Positions 61,240 through 64,000 of a stretch of DNA of 64,000 nucleotides are shown here, one piece after another. Position 1 is the stretch's first letter, and the number at the start of each line of letters is the position of its first letter. Under the pieces are notes generated by a model. It searched no databases. It was given only the letters and a program-made list of their open reading frames with translations, and was not told the DNA's origin. This stretch comes from Mobula hypostoma (taxonomy: Eukaryota): positions 7,688,001 through 7,752,000 of the forward strand of contig NC_086098.1 of NCBI RefSeq assembly GCF_963921235.1, in the 5' to 3' direction. Position numbers and translations under genes: made by a program.

Positions 61240-63587
61240 CACGGAGGTTGCTCCACAGTCCCACTCTGAAAGCGTAGAGTCTGGCTCATGGCGGCACTGG
61301 AAGTCCGTGGTTGTAATAATTGTGGCTGCTGTTCTGTGACGCCATTCGCGGTTTTCCATCAGTTTTTGGCAGCGCCTGTATTCAAAGCTGGTGTAGGCTT
61401 CACAGCACAGGGCTCGTCAGCGGGTTCTGCCATCAGCCGCAGCTTCTAGTTCCCTTGGCTGGATGTCACAGTAGTGCAGGGTTTCCTTCACAGTGTCTAT
61501 GTAGCACTTGTGTGGACGACCTTGAGGACTCCAGTTCACCATAGAGCAGCTGGCGAGGCATACGGTGGTCGTCCATTCTGATGACGTGTCCCATCCACTG
61601 CATCTGGGCTCCAATGATCAGGGAATCAATGCTAGGGGACTCTGCGCCATCCAAGACCTCCAGGTTGGAGACACGGTCTTGCCAAGGATGGAGCGGAGGG
61701 CGCGGATGTGAAATTTCTCCAGTTGTTTGATGTGTCGTCGGTACAGAGTCTATGTCTCACATCCACATAGGAGAGAAGGGATGACCACAGCTCTGTAGAC
61801 CTACAGCTTTGTGGAGATGCGGACATTGTGTTGACTGAGCACTCTGGTACGCAGCCTCCCCAGAGCCTGGCTGGCCTCGCTGATCCTGGAGTCCATCTCT
61901 TTGTCTAAAGGCCCATCACTCAAGATGATGCTTCCCAAGTATTTGAAGCTGTTTACATTTGTCAGCTGGGTGTCGTCAACAGTGATTTTCGGTTCTATGG
62001 GGTTGGTGTTTGGCACAGGCTGGTGAAGTACTTCAGTCTTGTTCAGGCTGATAGTCAGGCCAAAGGGCATAGCAGCGTCTGAGAATTTGTTCAACATCAA
62101 CTGTAGATCACTGTCTTTGTGCGCCAGGAGCGCTCAGTCATCAGCAAAGAGGGTTTCTTGAATGACTGTATGGAGGCACTTCGTCCGTGCATTCAAGCGA
62201 CCAAGGTCAAAGAGAGAGCCGTCCAATCGGTACCTGATGTACACTCCCTCCCTCAGACCTTGGACAGCACATGGCAACATGCAAGTGAAGAACAGATTGA
62301 ACAGGACTGGGGCTAGTACACAGCCCTGCTTCACCCCACTGGAAATGGCAAATGCAGCTGATGTATCACCACTGCAAAGGACCTGTCCTGTCATTCCATC
62401 CTGGAGCAGTTGAATCATCTTCACGAATTTCCTCGGGCATCCGTAACATCTCAGGATGATCCAGAGAGCCTCCCTGTTTACAGTGTCAAATGCCTTTGTC
62501 AGGTCAACAAAGACAGAGTAAAGAGGCTTGTTCAGCTCGATGCACTTTTGGACTTGCCACACAGCAAATATCATGTCTATGTCATGGTCCGGTCCGTGAA
62601 GTCCGCATTCCAGTTCCTGGTCCGGTCCATCGACCCTTGCTCCAGGTTTTCCTGTCTACCCTGTTTCTGTTCCTGTTGAGCACTAATTGAGGCAGCTGAT
62701 GCTCGTTGGGGCTGGCTGCATAAATACCTCCAGAGACCAGGGTGCGGCTGCTGGATTGTTCTTGTTCTTACTCTTTGTATCCTTTCCCCTGCATTCTGTT
62801 TCCTCGCCTGAAGCCCTGTCTTGTCTTGCTGGTAACCCTCACCTTGCCTGAAGTTCTTGTCTCGCCTTGCATTGCCTGAAGCCTTACCTTGTCTTGCTGG
62901 TAACTGTCACCTGGTCTTGACTGAAATCTTGTCCTGGAGCCACCCTATACCTAGCTCCCCTCCTGTCCCTTGCCTCTGTCGGGTAAGCCAGGCCGTTTTG
63001 CCGTTACCTGCGGTTGGTTCTGTCCCTTCCTGTCCCTTGCCTCTGTCGGGTAAGCCAGGCTGTCTTGCTGTTACCCTACGGTTGGTTCTGTCCCTCCTGT
63101 CCCTTGCCTCCGTCGGGTAAGCCAGGCCGTATTGCCATTACCCTGCGGTTGATTCTGTCCCTTCCTGTCCCTTGTCTCCGTCGGGTGGAGATCTGCTCCC
63201 TGCCCAGGAGGAGCTTCAAGACCCCAAGCCTTGAGCCTCGCCTCAAGACCCCAAGCCTCGCATCAAGCCTCCAGCCTTGCCTCAAGCCTGAAGACTCCAG
63301 CCTCGTTCTGCCTGCCAGCCAAATCATGTCCTTGCCTAGTTCTGGGGTCCGAGCCAGAGGCAAGACCCAGGTTCTGGGTCTTTGTCCAGTCTCTGGCTCG
63401 GAGTCCAAGCTCGGGCTCCTAGCTCTCTTGTCCGGTCCTGTTCCGGGTTCCCGGTTTTCGTGTCCATGTCCTAGCCCTCACCCTGTATCCTAGTCCTGTC
63501 CCTAGTACTTCAGTGTTTGTGTCTTGCACTTGGGTCCATTCCCAGCCACCTGCCTTATGACAGTCTACTGTACTCCATTCTGGCCTA
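61240..63587 (-). mobile_element. RTE-clade LINE (RT to C-terminus), interrupted by a solo LTR
   Basis: STVD|MIFAV..FVDLTKAFDTV..GVKQGCVLAPVLF..LFADD, FKYLGS, WMGHVIRMDDHRMPRQLLYGEL. Confidence 0.92.
62580..63562 (+). mobile_element. Solo LTR (983 bp) with 5-bp TSD
   Basis: TGTCAT...ATGACA termini; TSD GTCTA at 62575 and 63563; internal ~67-bp tandem repeats at about 62960-63187. Confidence 0.92.
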
Positions 63588-64000
63588 ATGTGCATAATAC
63601 ATAAATACGGTATTTACAATGTAAACAGCATTATAAACAGTGGTTTAAAGTGTTACTAGGGCAGTGCAAAGACAGGTAATAGACAGAGGAGTGTGGGGGA
63701 GGAGGATTTGGCCCAAAATGTTGACCACTTATTTCCCTCCTGACCTGCTGCCTGACCTGCTGAGTTCCTCCTGCATTCTGTGTGTGTGTTGCTCAAGGTT
63801 TCTAACATCTGCAGAATTCCTTGTGTCTAATAATATTTTTGTACTGGTGTTAACAGTTCCTTAAGTTTGTTATAGCTGGAGGGTGGTGCTGGTAATGGGG
63901 TTAAGATCCCACTACCTATTCAATGCTTCCAATGGCATGCACCTCAAATAGCCTCTGACAACCAAGTCCAGCTCCTGGCCCTCACATGTGGCTTAGCTAC

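Noticed and set aside
63014..63493. Pro/Leu/Ser-rich ORFs
   Set aside because: By-products of tandem repeats inside the solo LTR; the same applies to ORFs at 3225-4109

Overview
Eukaryotic, almost entirely repeat-derived DNA with no recognisable host protein-coding gene. The repeat families suggest an intergenic or intronic region of a cartilaginous fish, probably a ray/skate (inference): several CR1 LINE families with CTATGTTT-type tails and SGNH-esterase ORF1, HE1/V-SINE, Rex-Babar and Penelope relics. Most ORFs in the track are fragments or antisense shadows of degraded retroelements. Best-preserved elements: (1) a complete, young Gypsy LTR retrotransposon at 27200-31558 (near-identical LTRs, tRNA-Trp PBS, PPT, 4-bp TSD); (2) CR1 ORF2 copies at 42205-45145 (two nonsense codons) and 12558-15670; (3) a fragmented L1-clade element at 451-5750; (4) a truncated Mag-like Gypsy at 34639-35733 with a tRNA-Leu PBS, directly after a 28-bp minisatellite; (5) an RTE element carrying a solo LTR with a 5-bp TSD; (6) a Tc1 fragment; (7) three tRNA-derived SINE types. 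The most interesting signal is a set of short Penelope-like insertions, each with its own 9-14 bp TSD and a minimal hammerhead-ribozyme motif. The set includes two ~100-bp units that start at the ribozyme, a hairpin form, and a chimeric inverted-repeat insertion containing CR1 sequence plus a copy of nearby flank. I see no evidence for a wholly new gene system. Boundaries of degenerate repeats are approximate, and the CR1 family labels A-E are my own working groupings.
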